Assembly (NCBI RefSeq): GCF_000195855.1 | Contig: NC_002677.1 | Span: 2,460,001-2,492,000 of the forward strand | DNA length: 32,000 bases | Direction of reading: 5' to 3' | Source: Mycobacterium leprae TN | GTDB taxonomy: Bacteria > Actinomycetota > Actinomycetes > Mycobacteriales > Mycobacteriaceae | Shown here: positions 31,065-32,000 of the stretch, piece by piece | Layout: the number at the start of each line of letters is the position of its first letter | Numbering within the stretch: position 1 is the stretch's first letter | Notes under the pieces: generated by a model | Seen by the model: only the letters and a program-made list of their open reading frames with translations | What the model was told of the DNA's origin: nothing | The model's database searches: none | Program-made: the position numbers and the translations under genes

Positions 31065-32000
31065 TCAAGCGATGGCATTAGCCGCAGTCGACAATCTGGA
31101 TTTGAAAGAATCCGGAATAGGTACATATCCGTTGTCCCCTAGGCCATTCTGGCCTCCACCGATGGTGCTCTGCAGGAATGCCTTCACAGCCCTACCGACC
31201 TGGGCATCGGGATACTTCGAGCAGACAATCTCGTAGGTCGCCAGCACGATTGGGTAGGAGCCGGGCTGAGCCGGCTTGTAAAACGAGACCGTGTCAAGCA
31301 CTAAATCGTTACCCTCTCCAATGATCGTAGCCCCAGAAATTGTCTTGCCGACCGAGTCGACGCTGATCGCAATGGGTTCTGGATCGGCCGACGTGGCGAT
31401 CTTGGCCGTGTTCAGCTTCCGCGCCGAAGCGAACGACCATTCGTTGTAGGTGATCGACCCTTCAGTGGACTTGACGGCCGCCGACGTACCGTCATTGCCC
31501 TTGGCACCCTCACCAACACCGCCTTTAAAGGTCTTGCCGATACCTTTGCCCCACTCACCGTTTGATGCGACGTCAAGGTACCTCTGGAAATTATCCGTGG
31601 TACCGGACTCGTCGTTGCGGAACACGACATGAATCGGCTCAGCCGGAAGGGCGACGCCAGTGTTCAGCGCTTGGATCGCGGGATCGTTCCAACTGGCGAT
31701 GGAACCATTGAAGATCTTCGCGGTTGTCGGACCGTCCAGGTTCAGTGAACTCAGGCCGTTCACGTTGTAAGTGATCGCGATGGGGCCGAAGACCACCGGT
31801 AAATTCCACGCCTGCGAGCCACAACGTTGCTCTGCTGCGGCATACTCCTTCCTACTCAACGGTGAGTCTGAGCCACCGAAATCTGTTTGATTACCGTTGA
31901 ATTCGCTAACCCCCGCACCGGAACCATTAGCCGTATAGTTCAACGTCTGTCCTGGACATGACCGTTCGAACGCATTAACAAAGCGGGTCATCGCGTTGGC
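31065..32000 (-). CDS. pstS: periplasmic phosphate-binding lipoprotein PstS (partial; N-terminus beyond the window)
   Basis: The frame stays open through the window edge (..[11 protein letters not shown]..). PBP type-2 phosphate-binding features are present: [21 protein letters not shown] and [13 protein letters not shown]. Confidence 0.9.
   Translation of the reverse strand, partial: ANAMTRFVNAFERSCPGQTLNYTANGSGAGVSEFNGNQTDFGGSDSPLSRKEYAAAEQRCGSQAWNLPVVFGPIAITYNVNGLSSLNLDGPTTAKIFNGSIASWNDPAIQALNTGVALPAEPIHVVFRNDESGTTDNFQRYLDVASNGEWGKGIGKTFKGGVGEGAKGNDGTSAAVKSTEGSITYNEWSFASARKLNTAKIATSADPEPIAISVDSVGKTISGATIIGEGNDLVLDTVSFYKPAQPGSYPIVLATYEIVCSKYPDAQVGRAVKAFLQSTIGGGQNGLGDNGYVPIPDSFKSRLSTAANAIA

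Noticed and set aside
1-32000. CRISPR arrays, rRNA or tRNA genes
   Set aside because: I saw no regularly spaced direct repeats. I noticed no cloverleaf-compatible 70-90-nt segments or rRNA-like conserved blocks on either strand. This visual scan is not exhaustive.

Overview
This window looks like a reductively evolved mycobacterial chromosome, best matching Mycobacterium leprae. Assignments come from reading the translations against M. tuberculosis orthologues recalled from memory; no database was searched. Positions 1-18869 hold a housekeeping block colinear with the M. tuberculosis Rv1837c-Rv1819c region. It carries the glcB 3' end, a vWA membrane protein, gcvB, a MerR regulator, a DUF151 protein, a second MerR regulator, garA, gcvH, pgsA2, secA2, ilvG and a BacA-like ABC transporter. 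Decayed genes are interspersed: a haloalkane-dehalogenase relic and a dead DUF881-sbp-DUF881 triad. Positions 18870-21543 are a mobile-element graveyard. It contains a group II intron relic (frameshifted RT/maturase plus a recognisable 34-nt domain V) and at least one IS630-type transposase relic whose Trp codons have become stops. It also contains a perfect 21-bp hairpin inside the dead RT. Two mirror-image blocks of extreme strand-asymmetric composition flank the RT relic: about 79% G+T on the plus strand on the left and about 76% A+C on the plus strand on the right. This mirrored skew is the most unusual signal in the window. An intact cytochrome P450 follows at 21544-22848. After it comes about 6 kb of pseudogene desert holding relics of an FAH+MBL enzyme, the NHEJ ligase LigD and Ku. 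The window ends with an intact pstA-pstC-pstS phosphate permease operon that runs off the edge. I saw no rRNA, tRNA or CRISPR array. All coordinates for relics are approximate.
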